From assembly GCA_964234715.1 (NCBI GenBank), contig OZ174283.1: DNA of 64,000 nt; one strand, written 5' to 3'. The notes under the pieces are model-generated. The model saw only the letters and a program-made list of their open reading frames with translations. It had not been told where the DNA came from and ran no database searches. A program made the translations under genes and the position numbers. Shown here piece after piece: positions 37,371-50,227 of the stretch (its first letter is position 1; each line of letters starts with the position of its first letter). This DNA is from Podarcis melisellensis (Eukaryota).

Positions 37371-37640
37371 TAAAGGTAAAGGTAAAAGCTCCCCTGACTG
37401 TTAGGTCCAGTTGCGGACAACACTGGGGTTGCGGTGCTCATCTCGCTTTATTGGCCGAGGGAGCCGGCGTACAGCTTCCGGGTCATGTGGCCAGCATGAC
37501 TAAGCCGCTTCTGGCGAACCAGAGCAGCGCACGGAAACGCCGTTTACCTTCCCACCGGAGTGGTACCTATTTATCTACTTGCACTTTGACGTGCTTTCAA
37601 ACTGCTAGGTTGGCAGGAGCTGGGACTGAGCAATGGGAGA
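37371..37640 (-). mobile_element. Sauria SINE, 5'-truncated
   Basis: Tail and body present, tRNA head missing. Confidence 0.88.
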
Positions 37641-39044
37641 AATTTAATAAATAATGATGATGATGATGATGATCATCATCATAATACTATATTAAACCCT
37701 TAAAGGAAGTCATAATTACATGGAGCATCTATTGTTTAAGAGTGAAAAGTGGGTGAATGATGGAAACACATTTCCTCTCCCCCCCTCTGCTTCCTAGGAG
37801 AAGAGAGGGTTAAGCTGCCATGCATTAAAAGCAATGATTTTATGTTGAGGTCTCCAAGTCAGTGAATTTACATTTCATAAGAACACCCTGAGGGGCTTTC
37901 AGCTACTTTGCTTATAATGGTAGACAGATACATTTGCGGCAGAGAAGGCACAGCTTTGGGTCTGAGCATGGCCTCCCACCGCAGCCAGCCTCCTCATGGC
38001 ACACATGTGCGAAGGGTGACTTACTTTTAAGTGGATAATGTGCACAGACACTTTTATGTGTTAGCTGGGAATAGCGCTCAGTAAAAAGAATCTGACTGTA
38101 ATTACCAATAACGAGGATATAAATTTCGGGGCCCCGCTTTCTTAGCTGAATTGTGCTCACATTTTTAAAGCATTTACATTTTGCAGTTGCTGTATTTACA
38201 GCTTGACTGGAAGGAGCCTCGTTTTTCATCCACGCTGGATGATTTTAACTCTTTGGCCAAGGAGATGCTCCTCCTCTCTTCCCCTTCATTAGGGTTTCCA
38301 ACAATTTCGATTCTATTTTTAGATGGTGAGCCCATGGGGCATAGAGATTGGGCTCCTAGAACATCACCTAGCACATAGTAGGCATTTGACAGACAAAAAG
38401 TAACAGGATTATGATGCAGTCATAGCAATGAGGCGTATGCAGACGTTGCCCTCCCCATGTGTTCACTGAACACACAGAAGACAGATAGGTTCACCCTAAA
38501 TCTCAGCATCCGCACTGACCTCTTTCCTTGACCTCTGCACATTCAACGTTAGTATGAAAGGGGCTCCATGTGTGATCAGGAACTCGGGAGATCTTAGGGT
38601 TCCTGATTTCACAGAGGTTTCAAGAACTGCTAGACCTCCCTCCATGAACCTTTTAACTGAAGGTGACAGTTTCTCTGTGAAGTACCCTGTGACTCCGCAC
38701 AGCCAGGGTGGCCATTGGATCCTCTGAAACAAGAAAGAGAAGTATTTTTGTTCCACTTGGCCCTTGCTTGAGTAACTTTGTTTTACATAGCCTTGGTTGT
38801 TCATTGGTCATGACTTCTGTCTTGCTCTTGGATTCTGCCTTCTGGTTTCTCCTCCCATTTTGTTCCTGATGGTTTGTGCCTTGACCCTGCTTCCTAATTT
38901 GCCCTGTGGCTCTGATGTATTCTCCATTCATGTCTATTGGCTGGTTCCAGAGCTTTTAGCTGCCCATGACCCAGCCCTAATAAGCAAGGGTCATGTCAAC
39001 AGCTCAGGACCACAGCCCTTCAAGGATAGTGTCTCCTGATATGA

Positions 39045-39370
39045 ATGGACCCAGACCCTGGGATCATCATCTGAAGCCTTTCTTTCAGTCCCTCAACCAT
39101 GAGAGGTCTGGAGGGTAGCAACATGAAAACAGGCCTTTTCTGTGATGATTCCCTGTTTGTGGAATGCTTTCCCCAGGGAGGTTTGCCTGGCACTTTCATT
39201 ACATTTTGCCAGGCTGATTACCATCCTATGGCCTTTTAAAGTGTGTGGGAGGACGGTTATTGGGTCATTTTTGTTTTGCTATATATTTTATGTTCTCCTT
39301 TTATACTCTTATGTTGTGAACAGCTCTGTGATCTTCGGATGAAAGGAAGTGTACAAATTTAATTAATAAA
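39045..39370 (+). mobile_element. Degenerate L2-like LINE 3' end
   Basis: CAGGCCTTTTCTGTGATGATTCCCTGTTTGTGGAATGCTTTCCCCAGGGAG motif, ending in an AATAAA-rich tail. Confidence 0.55.
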
Positions 39371-39377
39371 GAAAAAA

Positions 39378-39566
39378 TGCAGCTCAGTGTTAGAGCATCA
39401 GCTTTGTGTGCAAGAAGCTCCTACATTAGGTTCAGTCCCCAGCATCTCCAGGTAGGACTGGGGGAGACAACAGCCAGAAGCTCTGGAGAGTCACTGTTAG
39501 TAAGTGTAGAGAGTACTGACCTTGATGGACCAATGGTTTGACTGAGTGTAAGGCAGTTTCCTATGT
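39378..39566 (+). mobile_element. tRNA-derived SINE (Squam3-like); other copies at 47613-47803(+), 59198-59365(+), 63190-63330(+), 42270-42435(-), 52950-53095(-), 32420-32490(-)
   Basis: GCTCAGTG.TAGAGCATC.GCTTTG head, GGTTCA.TCCC B box, tail TAAGGCAG.TTCCTATGT. Confidence 0.8.
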
Positions 39567-40569
39567 CTGGAGGGCCAGACAGAGAAGCTTTGAGGGCCAT
39601 ATTCAGCCTCTGGGACTGAGGTTCCCCACTCCTACCATAGTCCACTTTCCAACACAGCTTGAATGCTACACACCAATTTGTTCTCTCTTCTCCACTCCCC
39701 ACACCATTATTGCAGCTACTAGAGTACATGTGACCATTCTTAGGCTTACTTCCAAGCATAGCAAAGTACTGGAAGAGTGGAATGAATGAATGAATGAATG
39801 GCAGAACAGGTACCACAGAACCACAGAAGCTACTGTCTGCAGAAATAATCAGTATCTGCTACAATGTTGCGGGGACACACACACACACACACACACAGAT
39901 CCAGTTTTCACCTAAAGAAAAAATATACTCACTAATAGATTCATATCTATTAGTTCACAACTATTCAAGTGAGAGCTTGCCAGGGTAAAGGCGGAAATGT
40001 AAATCATCTCCCCCCCCCCAAAAAAATCTCAAGGCAGTGGCTTTTTCATCTTTTGTTCAATCAAGATCCTGTGAAGATACTTTTATAAAGAGCACAAGAA
40101 AGGCTGTATTTTGCAGGGCCCCAGAGCTGTTTCTCCATCTTACTGCTATGCACTTTTTGACAGACTACCGGTCCCTAAGTCATTTGCATTCCCCTTGTTT
40201 TAGGCTGAAGGATTTCTGATTTTTCATGCGGCAAGCCAACTGTATGTGTTCCTCAAGAAAACAGTACAAAATCGACACTCTAAAGTCCTTTGCACAGTCT
40301 TTATATTGAGGGCAACTGGGAAGGTGGTCTACAGGTGACTATTGTAATGACATTTCCTTCCATTCCCAATGATCAACAAGTCCTGATCTTTGAGTAATTT
40401 AGTTTGGGCAGCAAAACAATGCAGCGTTTTCTTTCCTGCTTGTGTTGTCGGGACCTAAACATTGACCCAATGTGCAGCAGCTGTGAAAAAGGCACTCTCC
40501 AGGCTAGGAATCATTAGGGAAGCAATAAAAATAAAAAATCAGTACAATAACACCTTTAAGAAAATGGAT

Positions 40570-40962
40570 GCCATACTTGGCATTCTGCATATAGTTCTGG
40601 TCATTGCATCTTAACAAAGGTGGTTGTTGAGCTGCTAAAGGTGCAAAAAAGGGAAGATGATTGTTGCTGAATATTCAGCAACTTGCTGAATGAAGCTGAG
40701 CATTGAAAGATGGAATGCAGATAAAAGAAAGTACTTTTTCATGCAGGACATTCTGAAACTCGCTCCCATAGGATATACTGTGACAGCCACCAATTTAAAA
40801 CAAAAAGAATTCCTTCCAGTAGCACCTTAAAGACCAACTAAGTTAGTTCTTGGTATGAGCTTTCGTGTGCATGCACACTTCTTCCGATACCATGTTTTGA
40901 CTCTGGCAGACCAACACAGCTACCTATCTGTAAACAGCCACCAATTTAGATAGCTTTAAAAA
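40570..40962 (+). mobile_element. Degenerate CR1 fragment interrupted by a Penelope-like insert
   Basis: GATAAAAGAAAGTACTTTTTC...CTCGCTCCCATAGGAT...ACAGCCACCAATTTAGATAGCTTTAAAAAA resembles the CR1 end. Confidence 0.55.
40798..40933 (-). mobile_element. Penelope-like insert with hammerhead (one core substitution) and inverted segment
   Basis: TSD ACAGCCACCAATTTA at 40783-40797 and 40934-40948; minus strand GTAT-CGGAAGA-A-GTGTGC-AT-GCACAC-GAAA-GC-TC-ATAC. Confidence 0.78.
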
Positions 40963-40965
40963 ATG

Positions 40966-41449
40966 ACCTCACCTTGCCAACAAAGGTCCGTATAGTTAAA
41001 GCTATGGTTTTCCCAGTAGTGATGTATGGAAGTGAGAGTTGGACCATAAAGAAGGCTGATCGCCGAAGAATTGATGCTTTTGAATTATGGTGCTGGAGGA
41101 GACTCTTAAGAGTCCCATGGACTGCAAGAAGATCAAACCTATTCATTCTGAAGGAAATCAGCCCTGAGTGCTCACTGGAAAGACAGATCCTGAAGCTGAG
41201 GCTCCAGTACTTTGGCCACCTCATGAGAAGAGAAGACTCCCTGGATAAGACCCTGATGTTGGGAAAGATGGAGGGCACAAGGAGAAGGGGATGACAGAGG
41301 ATGAGATGGTTGGATAGTGTTCTTGAAGCTACCAGCATGAGTTTGACCAAACTGTGGGAGGCAGTGGAAGACAGGAGTGCCTGGCGTGCTCTGGTCCATG
41401 GGGTCACGAAGAGTCAGACACGACTAAACGACTAAACAACAACAACAAC
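40966..41449 (+). mobile_element. BovB (RTE clade) LINE 3' fragment
   Basis: ORF PTKVRIVKAMVFPVVMYGSESWTIKKADRRRIDAFELWCWRRLLRVPWTARRSN; 3' end GGGTCACGAAGAGTCAGACACGACTAAACGACTAAAC(AAC)n. Confidence 0.95.
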
Positions 41450-42925
41450 GAGTGCTCTGATGGGTTTCACAGTCTATGATTACCACTACGGGACTGGGAA
41501 ATGAAGCTACTTGTGCTGGGCAGAACTGTTAAGACAATTGTCGTGCCCCGTACAATGTTGATTCTACTTCTGTGAAAGCAAATCCCTCAAAGTTAATGAT
41601 TTAATTTCCCCCAATGCTAATAATACCATTTTCAGTAGTTTCATCCTGGCACAGAACAAGAATTTCCAGGATATGGGTTCTCGGCTCTTTTTAGTGCATT
41701 ATTCTATTTAGCAGGTCTAATGATGACATTCCATTCAAAATTAAACACTTAGGAAGATTGGCAGGAAACGCTAAAGTAGGAAATGCCTTTTTGTGCTTTC
41801 CCCCCCTCCACCCAAAAAAGGAACGGAAATGAAGAAAACCAAATGAAAGTTTTCTTCAGCGTATTAAAAGCGCACAGCTAGATGAGGAATTGGCAGGGCC
41901 ATTAAGGGTAGGAAGGAATGGGTCGTCAGTGACAAATGAAGACAGTATTACTGAGAGACTGGATGAGTATTTGTGCCCGAGTCTTTATGAAAGAAGCTTA
42001 AGGTCATGTCCCGGATATTGGGATCCATTTTTTGGAAATGTTTATGATCACGCCAGGGCAGATTGTCAAGCAATTAGAACTATTACCGTAATTAGAACTG
42101 TTAAGCGCTGACAGGGCACGAGGCCCCAGATTAACTGTATTTCAGAATTGTAAAAGGAAATATCAATGAAAGCAAGAAAGTCTTTAGTAGGGGTGCTTAA
42201 TAACTCATTAAAGAGAAAGCTGTTCTGCTGCATGCATATAAAGCAGCCTGGCTAGGTTAAGAGCACAAGTTCTCATATATGAAGCAACCTTAAAGAGAGT
42301 CAGATAGTTGATCTATCCAGCCTGGTACTGGCTACTCTGACCAGCAGCCGATCTCTCACATCACAGGCAAAGGTCTTCTCCAGTCTTGTTAACTAGTATT
42401 GGTGCCATAGATTGAACCTGGGACTTTCTGCATTAAAAAAAAATGGCCGGCCCATTCCCATGTGGCAACCCTCTGATGTGTACTCACATAAGCCTCCATC
42501 ATGCAATACATACATGGAGGAAAGTACTGCTCCACCAACTTCAGTCTGTCCTTCAGCCAGCCACCACCTGCCTGCTTTCTTACTTACCGCCAGTCCAGGG
42601 AGTGGCACTGCCTAACAGATTCCTCTCTTTAGTCTCAGTGTTATCCCTATAGAACTCAGCAGGGGTGAGGATGGGGACAAACCTAACTGGCTGTGCCTCT
42701 GGCGCCACCTGCTGTTGGCCTCCCTCCCTCCTGTCCCACTGGCCACCAGCCACCACTGCCTCCAGTAAAGGGGAAATGCTGAGCAGATCCCTTTCTGATG
42801 ATATTCATCAGTGATCAGACTCACGCAGAAGCTGGCAATCTTTCAGGCACCCTGCAGCCAAGGGTTTAAATTATCCTAACCAGCACTTTGAATTGATCTC
42901 AGATTCCCAAACTGGAATCAGTGCA

Positions 42926-43151
42926 CAGTGGTAGCTCAGGTTACAGACATTTCAGGTTACAGACTCCACTAACCCAGGAATAGTACCTCGGGTTAAGAAC
43001 TTTACCTCAGGATGAGAACAGAAATCGTGCGGCGGTGTCGCGGCAGTAGCGGGAGGCCCCATTAGCTAAAGTGGTACCTCAGGTTAAGAACAGTTTCAGG
43101 TTAAGAATGGACCTACAGAACGAATTCAGTTCTTAACCCAAGGTACCACTG
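42926..43151. mobile_element. Tc1/mariner-pogo MITE (same family as 30117-30342)
   Basis: CAGTGGTAGCTCAGGTTA...TAACCCAAGGTACCACTG followed by TA. Confidence 0.88.
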
Positions 43152-43339
43152 TACTTGGGAAAACTTCAGAGTCACCCCTGCACCACCCTCATGCAGTTTC
43201 TATTCTCCAAAGGCAGTCCCATGTAGAACACTTTGCAGTACAGTAATCTAGCCTACATAGAATATACTGTAGTAGTCTCTGAAACAAAAAAGTTTTTGTT
43301 TTGTTTTTTGCAGTACCAGAGTAATCTGCAGGCTGCTAA

Positions 43340-43691
43340 AGGGTAAAGGGACCCCTGACCATTAGGTCCAGTTGTGACTGACTCTGGGGTTGCAGCGCTC
43401 ATCTCGCTTTTTTCACCAAGGGAACTGGCGTACAGCTTCCGGGTCATGTGGCCAGCATGACTAAGCCGCTTCTGGCGAACCAGAGCAGCACACAGAAATG
43501 CCGTTTACCTTCCCGCCGGAGTGGTACCTATTTTTCTACTTGCACTTTGACGTGCTTTCGAACTGCTAGGTTGGCAGGAGTAGGGACCGAACAACGGGAG
43601 CTCACCCCATCGCGGGGATTTGAAATGCCAACCTTCTGATCGGCAAGTCCTAGGCTCTGTGGTTTAACCCACAGCGCCACCCACGGTTCCC
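43340..43691 (-). mobile_element. Sauria SINE
   Basis: TSD CAGGCTGCTAA at 43329-43339 and 43693-43703. Confidence 0.92.
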
Positions 43692-46131
43692 ACAGGCTGC
43701 TAAGTTATAAACTAATTCATGTTTTTGAACAGTATTCAGAAACCCTCCCCAAAATACATGGCAATTTTCCAGTCAGGTTGTTACATGCACTACAGTGGTC
43801 TTATGCCACAACATAGAGAAACAATCCTTTGTTTATTCCTACTTATATGGAAAAACTCCCCCCCCCCCCATTTATTGAATATCTTCTCTTGGCCTAAAAA
43901 AAGTCACTTCTGGGTCACAGGTAGCTAAGTTATTATTGTAAAACAAATTTAGAAGAGATTGGGCTTTTTATTTAGAAATACAATTTCAAAATAAGTTTCT
44001 GAATTTATTAGAGACTAACATGAAAACATACCCTGACCATCCAAAAAACACAATTTCTACCGTCTCCCTCAAAACATGCAAAGCCATTTAAAGCGGCTTC
44101 CTCTAAAAAATGATCAAAATTGCCTCTCGCCATGAGAAATCCACTCTGCTTCCACAATATCATTGCAGCCCAGGGCCCTCCAAATTTACCATGTCCAATT
44201 AAAATCATGAAATTAAAATCTGGATTAAGCATCCAAGCAAAACCTTTCCAGATGGGTATATATATTATCTCTCTGTCATTATTGCTTAAGTATAAATCCC
44301 AAGCACTTATCTGAGCAATGCACTTACAGACAAAATTGTACAGCGTCCATGGGCGTGAGGCAAAAGCGAAAAGCAAAATGGGTGGGGTTGCTAGCCCCTG
44401 CCTCAGCAGCTGAAGGATAAAACATATGGTATCTCTAGGAGTGGTGAGAAACCTCAGTCCCAGGAGGGAAATGCAAGTCTCCAGCCCTCTCCACCAAGCC
44501 CTCTACCCAGGCAATGTCCCCAATGAGGCGTCTGCTGCTCTTCTGGCTTACCAACAGAGCAGGTCACTGGTGCCTAGAAAGTCACCTTGAGTCCCTGTCA
44601 TGGAAAAAGGTGGGGTATAAATAAATAATACAATCATCCTGAGATGGTAGAAGGGGGACAAGGCAGAGGGTGCTCAGCATTGTGTGGGCAGTGGAGCCAG
44701 TCTGATGCTCCCAGGGCTGCATCTATGCTGTTACCACACCGCTCCAAGCTCTCACTGCCTTGCCCCTAGTTTCTCAGGCCACATGCACAACATGCATTCA
44801 AAGGACTGTGATATCACTTTAAATAGCCATGGCTTCCCCAATTTTAGGAACTAGTTTGCTTAGGGTGTGGAGAGTTGTTAGGAGACCCTCCTATTTCCTG
44901 CCCAGAGCTACACTTCCTAGAGTTCTCTGGGAGGAAAAGTTGATAATAAACTACTCTAGGAATTGTAGTTCCGCCAGAAGAATAGGAGTGTCCGAATGAT
45001 TCCCAACAGGACAAATATATGGCTGCTTCTGATGTGTGAGCTCCATTCTGAAAAACTGAAACATACATGATCTTTTCTAACATATGCATTAAAAATAATA
45101 ATTAAAAATCCAATTTGGTGGAATGGATGCATTTTTGCAAGCAATTTTATCTCTTATAATGTAGTTGTGTACATTATTTTCATTAATAGAGGCATACTTG
45201 CGCATGTTGGGGTTGAATGGAATCCTAACAAAATTCAGCTGAGTACAAATGTCAAAGGATTGCTGTCATTGTTTCAGGAAGTGCAAATTAAATGGGTTTG
45301 TGCAAAAATTCAAACTGGATGGATTGCTTCCCCATGACCCTCAGTGACATCAGTAGCTGCCCTTTACTCCAGAAATAACCTGACAGCCCATCATGATGCA
45401 AAGAGACATTGGGAAAGAATCGCTTGGCAGGAAGAGAATAGTGTTTATACCTTTATCTTGCCAGCTTGGTGTTCCGGATTCTTGATGTCCCAGATTTTGT
45501 TCAGATACATTTATATTTCACAGATGACCATTGCAGTCCCTTGGTTTCAAGCCTTGGTTGATAGCCAAAATGGGAAGGAGAGCGCTCTCTCTATCGGCTT
45601 CTTCCTCTTCCCAGCTATCTTTTTATTGCTTCCTTCCCTCATTATTCTTCTTAAAGACAGACTTAGAAAGAAATTTAGTATCTTTGTGACTTTAATCATT
45701 ATTCATTTCATCCCCCTCCTTATTTATTAATAATCCCATACTTCTCCTGGTGATATATTTATACATTCCGTTCACATTCCTTGAGGAACCTTTTGCTTGA
45801 AAAAGAAGAAGAAAGAAAGCTTTTCATAATGCATAAAAATGCTAACTGCTTTTAAAAGATTGCTAAAGAATGTTTCCTTTGCTTAAAAAAATAGCATTCA
45901 GTGAACTTGCACGCACACACACACTGTTTTGCACAGAGACACTAAAGAATATTGTAGCACCTTAGAAGGCTATAAATAAGGGAGGGATGGAGAACCTCTG
46001 GCCCTCCAGATGTTGTGGGACTGTAGCTCTCATCATCCCCAGCCAGCATGGACAATGATCAGGGATAATGGGAGCTGTAGTCCAGCAACATCCGGGGGAC
46101 TAGAGGTTTGTCTTAACATATATACAGTAAG

Positions 46132-46138
<7 letters not shown>

Positions 46139-46180
<42 letters not shown>
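46139..46180. repeat. (GT)n microsatellite
   Basis: Seen directly. Confidence 0.95.
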
Positions 46181-46183
<3 letters not shown>

Positions 46184-47137
46184 CATAGATAATGGGGCAG
46201 TCATCTGTTTAAATAACTCTTCACTGATTGTTCATATGAGGTTTACAATCCAATTATGGATGCTTACTCAGAAGTAAGCCTCACTGTGTTCAATGGGTCT
46301 CATTCTCTAGCTTTTACAGTTCCATCATAGTCAATTAACCAGTCAGTTAAGTTAAGTTTACATAAGTAGTTGTTGAAAGAATTTTTTAAAAAATACTTTA
46401 AATGTGCCAATTAATTCAGCAGAGGCCCCATTGTTAGTAGTTATGCACAAACTAACTCCATTGCATTTCAGCTGCACAAACTCAGATGAATCTCTTCTGC
46501 AGTTCAAGATCTCACATTCCAAATTTTGAATCAAAGCTGAATATTATCGTATGTGCATTACTGAAATGCATCTTAGACAGTATACTGTGCTCACTGTTCT
46601 GGGAATTAAGCATAGTGAACTCAGTGAGACTGCTTTCTCAGCTGACGTGTACAGGATTGCCCTACTGGAAAGGTGGCGCATTAGTGACAACATTCCTCAC
46701 CCACACCTGTGTGGCATAATGTCACATGTCATGACACAGTGTTCTCAAATTAGCTATTGTCACATGTGCTTTGTTTGCAAAGCGATTGACATGGAGCCAC
46801 AGGTGGACAGGAGCAACAGCAATGTCACCTGCAATAAATTTCAGTTCTAATAATGAACATATTTCAATTTCAACACATCTGAGTCAAGGCATGTTATATT
46901 CACAGGTTAGATTTGTAGCATGAACTTGACTGATTATGGAATTTTGAATCAATTGAATTTAAATGTTGTTAATCAATTAATCTGGCCAGCTAATCTACCT
47001 AATGCTGCAGCCTTGAATTCTAGGTAATTAATCTTGTAAACTGCCCTGGAATCAATTTTGACAAAGGATGGTATATACAGTTTTATCTATTTATTAATTA
47101 ATTACAGAAATATGGGGAGAGGGAGAAGGAAGGAGAG

Positions 47138-47279
47138 AATCATAGAATTGTAGTGTTGGATGGAACCCAGAAGATCATCTAGTTCAACTCCCTGCAATAC
47201 AGGAACATGCAGCTGTCCCATACAGGGATCGATCCTGCAACCTTGGCATTAACAGCACCACACTGTCACCAACTGAGCA
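47138..47279 (-). mobile_element. tRNA-Ile-like SINE with CR1-type tail
   Basis: Minus strand GCTCAGTTGG..GTGGTGCTGTTAATGCCAAGGTTGCAGGATCGATCCCTGTATGGGAC followed by GAACTAGATGATC...TTCTATGATT. Confidence 0.65.
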
Positions 47280-49111
47280 TGGCAAGCTTTTGTGGACTGT
47301 ATACGAAGGTGGGTTTCAATTCAGTGTACATGTAAAGGTGAATCTACCTAATCTGCACTTTACAAGACAACTCAAGAACCGAAACACAGCCATCCTTTGA
47401 AATGCACACTTCCCTGAATTTTGCAATATAGTTCTCTAGCCAAGTATTGTATAAAAACATGCATATACTAAAGTGTGCATAGAAATGCATATATTAGTGT
47501 AAATAATAATTTAAAATGAATCATATTAGGCAAAAATGCATATGAACACATGTATATTAGGATAAACAAGGATGTGGGTGGCGCTGTGGGACGTGGGTGG
47601 TGCTTCTTAGGAGGAGGGCTGTAGATCAGTGGGTAGAGCATCTGCTTTGCATGCAGAAGGTCTCAGGTTCAATCCCAGACATCTCCAGATAGGACAGGGA
47701 ATGTCCCTTGCCTGAAACCACGAAGAGCTTCTGCCAGTCAGTGTAGAGAATACTGAGCTGGATGAACCAAAAGTCTGCCTCAGTATAAGGCAATTTCCTA
47801 TGTGATAGTCCTTCAGATATTGAGATAATATTATCATGTCCTTCCCTAGCCTTTTCTTCTCCATGTGAAACAGACTCAGATCTTTGAATGTTTCCTCATC
47901 AAACCTTGATATCGTTCCCCTTTGAAATCCACTCCAAACTGTAATGTTGTGTGTTACGGAATTCTCATACATAGACTCTTCATAGAACTAGAGTTTGCAG
48001 GGTTCCTTCAATTGATGCAATGAGATTTAGCAGGTGTCAATGAGTTGTGCTGCATTGACCTACATACAGCTGGTTACAGCAAATAACACTAAGCTCAATC
48101 GTGGCTTAGTGGGAATGTGCAACCCGCAGAGGAGGTTGTGGCTGCTGCTTGCGTCCTTCTGCTGCTGCACTGCTGTGAGCGCAGCCATGGTTTACCTTCG
48201 CATGTTGTATGAACTTGAGCTTGTGGCTTGTCCCCACCAGAAACACATGAGCTGCAAAGTCCAGAACAAACCTTGGTTACAGCTCACGGTTTGTCTGGAA
48301 GGAGACAAACCATGACCTCCGATTCAGGTGATGCAATAAGCCAAATATGGGGCATAGAAGCAGGAGTGCAACAACCCTGATCTCCGCTCCAGGTACTCTC
48401 ACACTGACACTTTTCATGCTAAACCATGGTATGTCTCAGCAGTAGGTGTGAACCAGATCATTGTAAAAGACATCATAATTAATTCACAAGAGGAGGGGGA
48501 GGACAACTGCTCAGAAGCTGCTTTAGGCAGCAATCTTTGAAAGCAGATCCCCTTGAACTCAGTGGGACGTAGTTCCAAGTAAACATTCATAGGTTGTGGC
48601 CACGCCTAGTATCTCCAGCTCTGTTTGTGATGCGCGACCTGTGCCTTGAACAATCCCATCACAACAGGCAAAAGTGTTTCTCCATGCTGTGGGGGGAAAA
48701 CTGCAGTCACTGACATTCTGCTTGTCATGTTTTCGTTAAAGACCCAGAGCCTCCACGAGAGGGGGGGGGAGTGACAACCCCACTGTTTAATTATTAGAGC
48801 CTGTGGATAGGAACCTGGGAGCAACGTGACAATGTGTGCAGTAACGACACCACAATGAGAGCAAACTAATGTGCCATGAATATTCATCAGGCACAAGCGA
48901 TTTGTGAGAACTGAATCTAAACAAAAGCAAAACAAGGGCAGAGGAAGCGGGATTTCGCAAACCAAAGCCAAGGCGGTAAAAGTGTAAAAGCAGCACAGCC
49001 ACCTTTGGCATTGTGATTCACGTGCCACTTCTTTGGCACACCCCCCCCCCCGCAAAACCCCACCACCACCCTTAGTTTTCTGTGCATATGTAACCATTTT
49101 AGAACTTCAGG

Positions 49112-49779
49112 CTGTGTCCGGTTCTGGGCACCACAGTTTAAGAATGCCATTGACCAGTTGTGATGTGTGTGGAGGGACGCTGGTGGCGCTGTGGGTTAAA
49201 CCACAGAGCCTAGGACTTGCCGATCAGAAGGTCGGGGGTTTGAATCCCCGCGATGGGGTGAGCTCCCGTGGCTCGGTCCCTGCTCCTGCCAAACTAGCAG
49301 TTCCAAAGCACTTCAAAGTGCAAGTAGAAAAATAGGTACCCGCTCTGGCGGAAAGGTAAACCGCGTTTCTGTGTGCTGCTCCGGTTCGCCAGAAGCGGCT
49401 TAGTCATGCTGGCCACATGACCTGGAAGCTGTATGTCTGCTCCCTCGGCCAATAGAGCAAGATGAGCGCTGCAACCCCAGAGTTGGTCACGACTGGACCT
49501 AATGGTCAGGGGTCCTTTTACCTTTAATGTGTGCAGAGGAGAGCAACCAAGTTGGTCAAAGGTCTGGATAACTAAGCCTTCAGAGGAATAAGTTGGGTAT
49601 GCTTAGCCTGGAGAAGAAAAGACTGTTAGGTGATAAGATAGCCACCCTCAAATATCTGAAGGGCTGTCACATGGAAGAGGGAGCAAGCTTGTTTTTCCCT
49701 GCTCCAGGGGGCAGGACTTGAACCAATGCATTCAAATTACAAGAAAGGAGACTGCAACACAATATTAGAAAGAACTTTA
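49112..49779 (+). mobile_element. CR1 LINE ORF2 fragment interrupted by a Sauria SINE
   Basis: GTCCGGTTCTGGGCACCACAGTTTAAG...GTGCAGAGGAGAGCAACCAAG...AGCCTGGAGAAGAAAAGACTG...AAATATCTGAAGGGCTGTCAC is typical CR1. Confidence 0.8.
49175..49525 (+). mobile_element. Sauria SINE
   Basis: Head GGACGCTGGTGGCGCTGTGGGTTAAACC, tail ACCTTT; TSD ATGTGTG(TG/CA)GAG at 49163-49174 and 49527-49538. Confidence 0.92.
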
Positions 49780-49885
49780 GGGTGGCAGTCTTGTCCCAAC
49801 TCCGAACACCAGCCCTGGTTCTGGGTAACCCTGAGGATCCTTGGAAGCTTGTCAGAGGCCCATCAATGAGAACACTAAACTTGGG

Positions 49886-50227
49886 TAAAGGTAAAGGTAC
49901 CCCTGACCATCAGGTCCAGTCACAGACGACTCTGGGGTTGTGGCGTTCATCTCGCCCTATAGGCCGAGGGAGCCGGCATTTGTCCACAGACAGCTTCCGG
50001 GTCATGTGGCCAGCATGACTAAGCCGCTTCTGGTGAACCAGAGCAGCACACGGAAATGTCGTTTACCTTCCCATTGGAGTGGTACCTATTTATCTACTTG
50101 CACTTGACATACTTTCGAACTGCTAGGTGGGCAGGAGCAAGGACCAAGCAACCCTGTTGCGGGGATTCGAACCACCGACCTTCTGATCTGGGCTCTGTGG
50201 TTTAGACCACAGCGTCACCTGCGTCCC
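49886..50227 (-). mobile_element. Sauria SINE
   Basis: TSD ACTAAACTTGGG at 49874-49885 and 50228-50239. Confidence 0.92.

Noticed and set aside
38590-39010. Possible solo LTR
   Set aside because: No clear TG...CA ends, TSD or second copy that I could confirm.
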